From Promethearchaeota archaeon (GTDB lineage: Archaea; Asgardarchaeota; Lokiarchaeia; Sigyniarchaeales; SOKP01), in contig RDOE01000055.1 in the NCBI GenBank assembly GCA_011364975.1, positions 1-20,962 of the forward strand: 20,962 nucleotides of DNA, read 5' to 3'. Below are positions 1-7,768 of the stretch, piece by piece; position 1 is the stretch's first letter, and each line of letters begins with the position of its first letter. Made by a program: the position numbers and the translations under genes. The notes beneath the pieces were generated by a model. It was not told where the DNA came from and did no database searches. It was given only the letters and a program-made list of their open reading frames with translations.

Positions 1-155
1 CATAATAATCTATGTTTATATTATCTATTAAACATCATCAAAATCAAAATAGTATAGGTTAGTAATCCTTTCAATATATATAGAGTGATTTATTTATACT
101 CTTAATTAGTATAAAAAATAATTTCATTTAAAACATATATTTGTAAGGTGAGAAT

Positions 156-899
156 ATGGAATATGAAACTGTTATATATGAATCTTCTAAAAAGATAGGG
201 TATATTACTCTTAATAGACCGGAAAAACATAACGCGTTAAGTTATCAACTCTTAGATGATCTTGATGCTGTGCTTGATGAAGCTGAAGCAGATGAGAAAG
301 CACGGGTAATCATATTAAAAGCCAATGGCAAAAGTTTTTGTTCAGGATTTGATTTAAAAGGATCGTATTATCTAACTCCTCCAGAGGGGGGATGGAAATA
401 TAAAAATTCCTACGATATCTTAAATAAAAAAATTTATGCTAAATATTTACGGCTTTTTAATTTTCCTAAACCTACTATTGCTCAAGTTCACGGGTACTGT
501 ACTGATGCGGGATGTTATTTACAACTTCTGTGTGATATTTCTGTCGCTGCGGAAGATGCCATCTTTGGACATCCAGCACAAAGATGGGGGGGAGCACAAA
601 GTATGCCCTTATGGCAATTTTATCTGGGAGTCAAAAAAGCACGGTATCTCTTAATGACTGGAAGAACTATAAATGGAATCGAGGCTGAGAAAATAGGATT
701 AATTAGTTTAAGCGTGCCAAAAGAACAACTCGAAGAAGAAGTTAATAAAATTGCACAAGAAATTTCTGAAATACCTCCAGATGGTGCTTTACACAATAAG
801 ATTTGTCTAAACACAGACCTTAAAATTAGAGGATTAGATGCTTTATTTGATTACTATGGACAAATGAACCGCTATACTAGGTTTGTTTTACGGAAATAA
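156..899 (+). CDS. Enoyl-CoA hydratase/isomerase (crotonase superfamily) protein, non-canonical active site
   Basis: ITLNRPEKHNAL, oxyanion-loop FCSGFDL, FPKPTIAQVHGYC, LLMTGRTINGIEAEKIGLI; SD-like AGGTGA upstream of ATG. Confidence 0.93.
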   Translation: MEYETVIYESSKKIGYITLNRPEKHNALSYQLLDDLDAVLDEAEADEKARVIILKANGKSFCSGFDLKGSYYLTPPEGGWKYKNSYDILNKKIYAKYLRLFNFPKPTIAQVHGYCTDAGCYLQLLCDISVAAEDAIFGHPAQRWGGAQSMPLWQFYLGVKKARYLLMTGRTINGIEAEKIGLISLSVPKEQLEEEVNKIAQEISEIPPDGALHNKICLNTDLKIRGLDALFDYYGQMNRYTRFVLRK

Positions 900-930
900 A
901 TTTATTAAATGTGGATTTTTCTTTTTTTCT

Positions 931-1404
931 TTAATTTAATTGGATAACTTTCCTTGCTATTATTGGATCTCTCATTTTAAATAAGGGAACTCCAACACCA
1001 TAGGTCGTAACTTTATTGGGAATTCGAATTTTTATCCAAATATAATCTTGAGGTAGGTCTGCTTTTTCGGTATGTTTTAAGTATTTTGAAAATATTATTC
1101 TAGCCTTGTCATTATCCTTTGCTAAAATCTCAGCATCAGTTGTAAAGTGTATTTCCGCGGGTGGTGCTGGGATAAGTTTATGGAAGAAATTCTTTCTTAT
1201 TGGAATGGTCACGGCTACATGACTATTATTTCTGATATTATTTGCTTTAAGAGTATTTTCTCCTGTTTGGCAGATTATTATGTTACCATCACTTTGATAA
1301 ACTAAAACCGAGCTATAAGGGATATTATCTTTATCAGTGGTACTTAAAACTAACCACAAATTTTCCTTTATTATTGTCCTTACTTTTTTAGGCAAATTTT
1401 TCAA
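931..1404 (-). CDS. Pyridoxamine 5'-phosphate oxidase-like FMN/F420-binding split-barrel protein
   Basis: VLSTTDKDNIPYSSVL and TGENTLKANNIRNNSHVAV match the PNPOx-like pattern LAT..dG.P / T....K..Ni..Np.V; TTG start. Confidence 0.8.
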   Translation of the reverse strand: MKNLPKKVRTIIKENLWLVLSTTDKDNIPYSSVLVYQSDGNIIICQTGENTLKANNIRNNSHVAVTIPIRKNFFHKLIPAPPAEIHFTTDAEILAKDNDKARIIFSKYLKHTEKADLPQDYIWIKIRIPNKVTTYGVGVPLFKMRDPIIARKVIQLN

Positions 1405-1455
1405 AAAGACTCATCTTATTTATAATTTTAGGTGACTTTATTCTATAGATTAAAT

Positions 1456-2151
1456 TTATTTTAAAATTTCATTAGGTTTTCTTAATTCAATACGCATCCA
1501 TATGGGTAAAGTTGCAATAATGACTTTTAAAATTTCATATGAATTAGTAAAATCAGTTAACTTTATTATTTCTTCAACATCCTCAACAGAATAGGTCATT
1601 CTTAATTGTTTTTTTAGAAAGCGGGGTAAGAGTTTTTTATTAAGAAACGTTTCGTCTTTTAGATTGTGTTTTAACGCTTTTTTAAATTGTTCTTTATCAT
1701 AGTTCTTGTATGTTTCAAACAAAACTGCTTTACAATTTGGCTTTAAAATCCGATAAATTTCATTCAATGACTCTTTAGGCTGATTCCAAAGATAAAAACT
1801 GCCAGTACAGGTTATTAGATCGAAAAAATCCTTTTCATATATGGTAGAGTTTATGTTTCCTTGCATTAAATTTACTTGAATTTGAGCTACGTTAGTTTTA
1901 GCTAGTTCTATCATAGCTTTTGAAATGTCAAGACCATATAGTTCTATTTGAGGATTCAATTTATGGATTTCTTTTAAAAGTTTACCATGACCAGTTCCAA
2001 TATCGAGAAGACGACCCCTTTTAATTACTTTTAATAAATCTTGTGCAATTTGTGAAATTTGATTTTGAACAGGAGCAATACTCATCATTTTATTATAGAT
2101 TTTAGCACCAAACACGGGTAATTTAATAAAGTTTTGCTCTCCACGATCCAT
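1456..2151 (-). CDS. Class I SAM-dependent methyltransferase (UbiE/Methyltransf_11-like)
   Basis: Motif I LLDIGTGHG, GLDISKAMI, FDLITC, LNEIYRILKPN. Confidence 0.92.
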   Translation of the reverse strand: MDRGEQNFIKLPVFGAKIYNKMMSIAPVQNQISQIAQDLLKVIKRGRLLDIGTGHGKLLKEIHKLNPQIELYGLDISKAMIELAKTNVAQIQVNLMQGNINSTIYEKDFFDLITCTGSFYLWNQPKESLNEIYRILKPNCKAVLFETYKNYDKEQFKKALKHNLKDETFLNKKLLPRFLKKQLRMTYSVEDVEEIIKLTDFTNSYEILKVIIATLPIWMRIELRKPNEILK

Positions 2152-2265
2152 AGAATTACATCATCTCTAATTTTCCAAGAATAGAAGATTACATAAATTA
2201 TTTATTATTAAGATTTATCTCAATTTGAGATTTCAAAAATCATCCTTACCTTAATCCTTTAATTT

Positions 2266-3339
2266 TTATTTTTGAAGAACTAAGCAATAATGGTGATGGA
2301 CATTCGACACATACGTCTTAGGATATCCCCAAATTCCTAATTGTTTTTGATTTTGACACCAAATAAACTCTTGTCTTAACTTATAAGTTGTTGAGAGTAA
2401 TTTCGCTAAATCCCAGGCAATTGGGATCATTAATCCTCCTTTAGGGCGTACATTCTGCACAACGATGATTAAATAGCCGTCATTTTTAAGGATCCTAAAT
2501 ATATCATTAAATATAACCTCCATTTCTTTAATATAGTCCTCATAGTTCGATATATTTCCTATGTCATTAGGACTTTCGCTATACTTTTCATCTAAGCCGT
2601 CTTCTATTCTTTTTTTATGAGTTGACTTTACTCCTCCCCTCGAAGTTCTTAAAATGTTCCAATATGGAGGGGATGTTATGCAAAAATCTATTGGTGGAAA
2701 GTTATTCTGTTTATGTAGATTTAATACATCTCTACAATCATTGTTAAATATTTTGCAAAATAAGTCATCTAATATCTTTAGAGAATTTTTTTGTTCCGCG
2801 ATCCTTTTAGTAGCATAATTAAAATATTTTAGATTGATTTCAGTACCCCAACAATTCCTACCTAGATTTAAGCACGCAACGGCAGTGCTTCCGATACCCA
2901 TAAATGGATCGAAAACCCAGCCTTCTTTTTTTGTAAAAAATTCTATAAAATATTCTATAAGCTCTGGTGGAAAAGAAGCAGGGTGATCTTTAATTTCTTT
3001 TGGAATATCCGAGGGTTTTCCATCAACGATTATCCAACTTTTTGTGTGTCTTAACCATTCTTTGCCATTCAAATCATTTAGAGTATTCTTATAGTTATAA
3101 GACCCTTGTTTTTCAATTTTAAAGTACAACTCATGAATACTTTTTGCTACTTGACGAAATAGTTTTGCTGAAGAGGGAAAATTGCCACTCATAAAGGTTT
3201 GTTGAGCATTCATCATCAATTCTTTTATATCATTATATTTTGAATAGATTAATTTCTCATTTCCTTCATATATAATGTCTAGATCGGATTTCAACTTGGA
3301 AATTAAAGATTTATACTCAATCTTATCATTCTTACTCAT
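2266..3339 (-). CDS. Amino-DNA methyltransferase (N4-C/N6-A family, SPPY type), permuted motif order, with N-terminal helical extension; no adjacent restriction enzyme recognised
   Basis: HPASFPPEL (motif X region), VFDPFMGIGST (motif I), GTEIN (II), ITSPPYW (IV), FRILKNDG (VI). Confidence 0.9.
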   Translation of the reverse strand: MSKNDKIEYKSLISKLKSDLDIIYEGNEKLIYSKYNDIKELMMNAQQTFMSGNFPSSAKLFRQVAKSIHELYFKIEKQGSYNYKNTLNDLNGKEWLRHTKSWIIVDGKPSDIPKEIKDHPASFPPELIEYFIEFFTKKEGWVFDPFMGIGSTAVACLNLGRNCWGTEINLKYFNYATKRIAEQKNSLKILDDLFCKIFNNDCRDVLNLHKQNNFPPIDFCITSPPYWNILRTSRGGVKSTHKKRIEDGLDEKYSESPNDIGNISNYEDYIKEMEVIFNDIFRILKNDGYLIIVVQNVRPKGGLMIPIAWDLAKLLSTTYKLRQEFIWCQNQKQLGIWGYPKTYVSNVHHHYCLVLQK

Positions 3340-3468
3340 TTTTAAACCACATGAAAAACATTATCACGTAGAAAAATTTAGTTAATTTATGTCTAAGAAT
3401 TAACCATTAAATATTTGTCTTAGATTTCATTTTTGATCTTATAGTGTGTAATTTTTTAAGGGTTTTCT

Positions 3469-3858
3469 ATGAAAGAATATGAGGACATTTTGAAAAATTA
3501 CGTCCCAAATGAAGTTGAGGGTAAATTTTTTGTTTTGGATAGGGCTCAACAGAAGTGGATTCAGGGCTGGATTGCAATAGATTCAAATTTAAAAGCTTTT
3601 ACTAAAAGTTTAAAAGAAGAGATTGACTACTCTTGGAACTTAGATCATATATTTATCGAAAACTTTTCGATCTTCTACATTAATACCGATAATAATGCTT
3701 TGGTAGAAATTAAAGATAATAAAACATTAAGCATTGCTAGGAGAAGAGAATTGGTATTAATTGTTTTACTTGATAAAAGTGTAAAATTTAGAACCATAAA
3801 AGATATTAAACCACTATATGACTGGTATTCCACAAATATTAAAGAAATATCATCTTAA
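3469..3858 (+). CDS. Hypothetical protein, possible PB1-like/ubiquitin-like beta-grasp fold
   Basis: 129-aa ORF divergent from the DNA MTase and filling the gap to the next convergent gene; the FSIFYINTDNNALVEIKDNKTLSIA segment resembles the PB1 OPCA region. The fold call is tentative. Confidence 0.6.
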   Translation: MKEYEDILKNYVPNEVEGKFFVLDRAQQKWIQGWIAIDSNLKAFTKSLKEEIDYSWNLDHIFIENFSIFYINTDNNALVEIKDNKTLSIARRRELVLIVLLDKSVKFRTIKDIKPLYDWYSTNIKEISS

Positions 3859-3892
3859 ATAAAGGAAATTATAATAAAATAGATTAAATATA

Positions 3893-5167
3893 TTATTCCG
3901 TTTTAAATTTTCGATATTTTAGAAGCTGTGCTAACCAGGCACCAATTCTTGCTTCCATTTTATCCTCGCTTTTTGACTCAGATTCAAGGACAGATTCTGC
4001 AGTTTGTGGTATTTCGACGCTTTTTACAGATTCAGCGCTTAAAATGAATTGTTCTTCATTTTCTGGTTTACTAATTGGTTCTTTTGGGATTTCTGGTGCA
4101 CTCTCCGGTAATGATTCATAAATTAATATTGATTTTGACTCATCTTCAGGTGGTTTAACTTCAGGAATGACTTTTGGTGCTAAGTGAACATCGGATTGTT
4201 CTAGCGCTTTAGACATTAAGGGGGAGACTTCCTCGATTTTTAGTTTGGTATCTGATTCAATATTTATTTCTGGTGCGGTTTCTGGCAACGATTTAGCAAT
4301 AGATACTAATTTTGGTTCATCTTTCAACCCAAAATCTCTGTAAGTAAGGAGCTGGGTTAACCATTCATATATTCTCTTTTCAGGCGTAATCTCTATTTCA
4401 GGGATAGTTTCCAAACTAGGTTCGAGATATACTTCCGTTTCTGCCATAACTTCTTCTTTAGCTATAACTTCACTCATTTCAGAAGAGGATACTACCATTT
4501 CTGATTCTTCTTGGGGCGTTTCATCTATTATTGTTGTCGGTGTTAATTCAGTAGTTTCATCATATTCTGGTGCAGGAATAGGTAATGGTGCGGGTTCAAA
4601 TGTTGAAGACTCTTCTGAGTTTTGTTCAATTACTTGCTTAGGTTTATGTGTAGGTTCTGACTCATAAACGGGTTCTGGTTCTTTAAAAACAATCTCTTTC
4701 TCATCTTTTTCTAATTTTACTTTAGTATCAATTATCTCACTTTCATCTCCTAGTATCAATTCACTTGGAGATTGAATGATCTTAAATGGATTATTCTCAG
4801 GTCGAAACATTTCAGAACCTAGAAATATCATTTTTGATTTAATCATTTTATTTTTTATCCGCAATTCTACTTCAAAATCTCCGGGTGTTAAAAAGTCGAA
4901 CCCATCTAATTCACTATCTAACACAGTATTCCATTCAATCGTATTTTTTTGTGTTTCATTTACTTTATAAGTATTTTCAGTTCTATAGACGTTGATAATT
5001 TTAATTTTATCTAAACATTTTATTTTTCCTTGGAATGACTGCCTTTTTTTCCCTTTAATGGTCCATCTTAAATGAAATCCATCTGATTGTTTCCATAAAA
5101 CATATCCTAAAAATTTACCGGGAATAAAGTCCGGTTTTCCTAAAATCGTTTTTACATTCATTTTCAA
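3893..5167 (-). CDS. Hypothetical protein: N-terminal beta-rich globular domain plus long Glu/Pro/Ser/Thr-rich disordered region with duplicated motifs
   Basis: 424-aa ORF (TTG at 5167, or ATG at 5161). Residues ~1-131 are beta-strand-like (GYVLWKQSDGFHLRW...LDGFDF...IFLG...NNPFKI), followed by acidic low-complexity sequence. Confidence 0.8.
   Translation of the reverse strand: MKMNVKTILGKPDFIPGKFLGYVLWKQSDGFHLRWTIKGKKRQSFQGKIKCLDKIKIINVYRTENTYKVNETQKNTIEWNTVLDSELDGFDFLTPGDFEVELRIKNKMIKSKMIFLGSEMFRPENNPFKIIQSPSELILGDESEIIDTKVKLEKDEKEIVFKEPEPVYESEPTHKPKQVIEQNSEESSTFEPAPLPIPAPEYDETTELTPTTIIDETPQEESEMVVSSSEMSEVIAKEEVMAETEVYLEPSLETIPEIEITPEKRIYEWLTQLLTYRDFGLKDEPKLVSIAKSLPETAPEINIESDTKLKIEEVSPLMSKALEQSDVHLAPKVIPEVKPPEDESKSILIYESLPESAPEIPKEPISKPENEEQFILSAESVKSVEIPQTAESVLESESKSEDKMEARIGAWLAQLLKYRKFKTE
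3905..4375 (-). repeat. Intragenic protein repeats: RIxxWLxQLLxYRxF x2 and SLPExAPEI x2
   Basis: RIYEWLTQLLTYRDF (~4331-4375) versus C-terminal RIGAWLAQLLKYRKF (~3905-3949); SLPETAPEI versus SLPESAPEI lie between them. Confidence 0.8.
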
Positions 5168-5448
5168 TCAAAACTTTTTTGTACAACTAATGTTAATTTA
5201 TTGAACGGCTAATAAATAAATCTTTATATTGAATTTTTCATTTTAAGAAAGCTTTATATAGTACTAATGATGAGAAATTTTCTATTTGAATAATCTATCA
5301 TCTTGTTATAATACTTATATGATTTACTTTATTTATTGAAGTTAGAAAAAAGATGACATTTTCATTAAGATCTAAACCAAATTTATGGAAGCTTCTTAAA
5401 TTTTAATTTGAGAAATATTAGTAGGAATAAATTAAGAAAATCAAAACG

Positions 5449-5472
5449 AAAAAAAAATTGGAATTAAAAAAA
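5449..5472 (-). terminator. Archaeal oligo-U terminator tracts after the K/A/P microprotein gene
   Basis: A7 (5466-5472) and A9 (5449-5457) on plus give U7 and U9 on the minus transcript, about 20-40 nt after the TAA. Confidence 0.5.
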
Positions 5473-5490
5473 CTTATTTTATTTGCTAGC

Positions 5491-5586
5491 TTATTTTTTC
5501 GGAGCCTTTTTCTTAGCGGGTGCTTTTTTTTTCGGAGCAGCTTTTTTAGCAGGTGCTTTTTTAGCAGGAGCTTTCTTTTTTGCCAT
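5491..5586 (-). CDS. Unannotated 31-aa basic microprotein MAKKKAPAKKAPAKKAAPKKKAPAKKKAPKK (histone H1 tail / PAKK-repeat-like)
   Basis: ATG at 5586, TAA at 5493-5491, 32 codons. GAGGT SD 8 nt upstream. Synonymous codon variation among repeats (CCT/CCG/CCC, GCA/GCT, AAA/AAG). Below the ORF-track length cutoff. Confidence 0.85.
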   Translation of the reverse strand: MAKKKAPAKKAPAKKAAPKKKAPAKKKAPKK

Positions 5587-5594
5587 TAGATAAT

Positions 5595-5643
5595 ACCTCT
5601 TCTTAACTATTTTATAATTTATAAAAATGATTTATTTTATAAA
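5595..5643 (-). promoter_or_regulatory. Shine-Dalgarno (GAGGT, 5595-5599) and candidate TTTATAAA TATA boxes for the microprotein gene
   Basis: Minus strand reads ...TTTATAAA...AAGAGGTATTATCTA-ATG; TATA-like octamers near 5616-5625 and 5636-5643. Confidence 0.55.
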
Positions 5644-5909
5644 GAATTGTTTAAGATATTTTTAAATGTTCCTATTTTGTCATATTGGATGATAAATTTA
5701 CTCTCATTTTACCCTAAGCTATGTTGTGGAATACTTAAGGGTTGAAAGCTATAAAATTCTTGTTAAAACTATAAGATAAAGGAATTTAAAACAAATTTGA
5801 GGCTCTGCTCAGTATATATTTAATGTGTACTGATTTCTAAAACATGTATTAAAGATATTTAAGATAAAAAAAAATGAAAGAACGCTTTACTTTAAATTAT
5901 TAGATTGTT

Positions 5910-6161
5910 ATGAATCAAACCAATAAAAGATTTAAAATCTCTGAAAAAGCGATATTGATTACTGGAATCTTGTTAATTATTCTTTCTTTTATAAGTGAGA
6001 TCAATTTTCACTTTATACAAGAATTTAGGCATGAATTAGTTGAAACAGATACGTTTTGGAGAGCTGAAGCTCCTGAAGTATTCAATTCAATGAGCTTTTT
6101 AATTATTGGGGTTATTTTGATAATAATCGCTTTTAAACTCTCAAAAAAGACCCAAAAATAA
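5910..6161 (+). CDS. Small two-helix membrane protein, unknown function
   Basis: Hydrophobic segments AILITGILLIILSFIS and FLIIGVILIIIAF flanked by basic termini (positive-inside pattern). Confidence 0.7.
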   Translation: MNQTNKRFKISEKAILITGILLIILSFISEINFHFIQEFRHELVETDTFWRAEAPEVFNSMSFLIIGVILIIIAFKLSKKTQK

Positions 6162-6193
6162 ATCTTGTTTATTTAAAATAACGATTATTAAGC

Positions 6194-6580
6194 TCATAAT
6201 AATTTATCAATTATTTTGTCGACTTTATCTTTAATATCCAATACTTTGGAAGAGGGATTTTTTAATACTTGTTTTGTCTCTATAAAAATGTGAGTGCTTA
6301 TACGTTTAACTAGTTGTAGATCTACTTCATTTTCAATTAAAAATACAAAGTAAATGGATTTTTGATCCGAGAACAAGTCTTTAGTGATGATAAGGATTTC
6401 ATAATTTTCACCATAATTTATTGTCGCAATATCTTCTTTAAAAAGCTGTTTTCCAATAGCTCCAATGGCTGAGATTAATCCGCTGAATATCGCAGGTTCA
6501 ATATCATTTAATGTATCATCCATTTTTTTAGAATAGAAAGGATATCCTTGAGAATCACAGATTAGAATCGATTTAATCAT
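6194..6580 (-). CDS. Stand-alone longin-like domain protein (Asgard eukaryotic-signature type)
   Basis: MIKSILICDSQGYPFYSK (beta-beta hairpin), IEPAIFSGLISAIGAIGKQL (alpha1), three further strands, then two helices: longin topology at 128 aa. Confidence 0.75.
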   Translation of the reverse strand: MIKSILICDSQGYPFYSKKMDDTLNDIEPAIFSGLISAIGAIGKQLFKEDIATINYGENYEILIITKDLFSDQKSIYFVFLIENEVDLQLVKRISTHIFIETKQVLKNPSSKVLDIKDKVDKIIDKLL

Positions 6581-6667
6581 AATAATAGTTTTTTTCTAAT
6601 TATATTATTTAATAGAATATTTTTGTATTCATAGTAAAATAGGTATTTTTTAATTTTTACTATCTTC

Positions 6668-7636
6668 TTAAAAAAGTATTATAATAACGCCAACGACTGT
6701 TAGAATAACGCCCAAAAAACCTCTCTTTGTTAATTTTTCTTTATTTATTATGTAGGAAAAAGGAATTGTAAAGAGTGGTAATGCCGTCGAAATTAATGAC
6801 ATGAAGGAAGCACCTACTATATGAATTGCTTCCCCAAAAAAGAGACTCCCAAGAACATAACTAAGAATTGCAGAAATAATTAATATTTTCCAAGTTTGCC
6901 TATTTTTAGGTATTGGCTTATATTTTTGTTCAATATACGCAATTGTATTTAGAATAACTGCCGCAAAAAGAAATCTTACCATTAAAGCTAAAATCGTACT
7001 AAATATATTAGTACCTAATATCTGATTAACTTGACTGATCGAATAGTCTGATAAAGCAAGTCCAATTGCCCATGAAATTGCTGCTATGCTTGCATAAATT
7101 AATCCTTTAATCGAAATCGGAATATCAATTAATTTAAAATTAGTATGATCCCCCTCCTTATCATCTAATATTGTTTTTGGATTAGATTGTTTTTTTTGTT
7201 CAAAAATTTTTACTTTTTGTTTTGTGATAATAACCACACCTATTCCAATTAATATTCCAGAGAAAATCATTTGGAAGGTGAATGGACGATTTAAAAAAAG
7301 TGTAGCAAATAATATTGTAAAAAATGGGGTAGTATTTGTAATTGCAAGAGCTTTTGCAGGACCCAAAATCTTTTGAGAGTGGAGATAAGAGGTATCCCCT
7401 ATAATTACAGTAAATAAGATACTCATACCTAATAATGAAATAACCAACAAAGGAAGATTAATAATATTAAAAAGAAAACCAGAGAATAAGCAAATTATTA
7501 AAAAGCTGATTAGCCCAATAAGAGATCGTATGGCATTTTGAAAGATAGGCGTAGCTTCTTTTTCTATCTTCCTTGCAAGCACGAATGAAAGCGCAAATGA
7601 CACAGTAGTAAGAATTGCGACTACTTCTCCATACAT
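6668..7636 (-). CDS. EamA/DMT superfamily transporter
   Basis: About 10 TM segments in two repeats; TPFFTILFATLFLNRPFT and LPLFTIPFSYIINKEKLT...GVILTVVGVIII EamA signatures. Confidence 0.92.
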   Translation of the reverse strand: MYGEVVAILTTVSFALSFVLARKIEKEATPIFQNAIRSLIGLISFLIICLFSGFLFNIINLPLLVISLLGMSILFTVIIGDTSYLHSQKILGPAKALAITNTTPFFTILFATLFLNRPFTFQMIFSGILIGIGVVIITKQKVKIFEQKKQSNPKTILDDKEGDHTNFKLIDIPISIKGLIYASIAAISWAIGLALSDYSISQVNQILGTNIFSTILALMVRFLFAAVILNTIAYIEQKYKPIPKNRQTWKILIISAILSYVLGSLFFGEAIHIVGASFMSLISTALPLFTIPFSYIINKEKLTKRGFLGVILTVVGVIIILF

Positions 7637-7768
7637 CTTACCTTATATCTCCTAGGTTTAATACAGAATTAAATTTATAATATAAAGTAATAATATGAAG
7701 AAAAAAATTCAAATAAAAATAAAATTCTTTATTTTTAAGAAAAAGTTTTCAAGTTAAAAAAGAATTAT

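Noticed and set aside
436-814. ORFs 436..654 (+) and 620..814 (-)
   Set aside because: Shadow frames inside the crotonase gene with no recognisable motifs.
4776-4970. 64-aa plus-strand ORF
   Set aside because: Antisense shadow of the 424-aa gene.
5245-5260. Orphan plus-strand BRE-TATA-like AAGAAAGCTTTATATA (possible ncRNA promoter)
   Set aside because: Only very short ORFs and no structured RNA follow; such motifs are frequent in AT-rich DNA.
5491-5586. Interpreting the short tandem repeats as a CRISPR array or microsatellite
   Set aside because: No spacers; the units keep frame and vary at synonymous positions, so they are coding.
5711-5742. Imperfect hairpin ACCCTAAG...CTTAAGGGT
   Set aside because: Single short bulged stem; no tRNA, C/D box or SECIS features evident.
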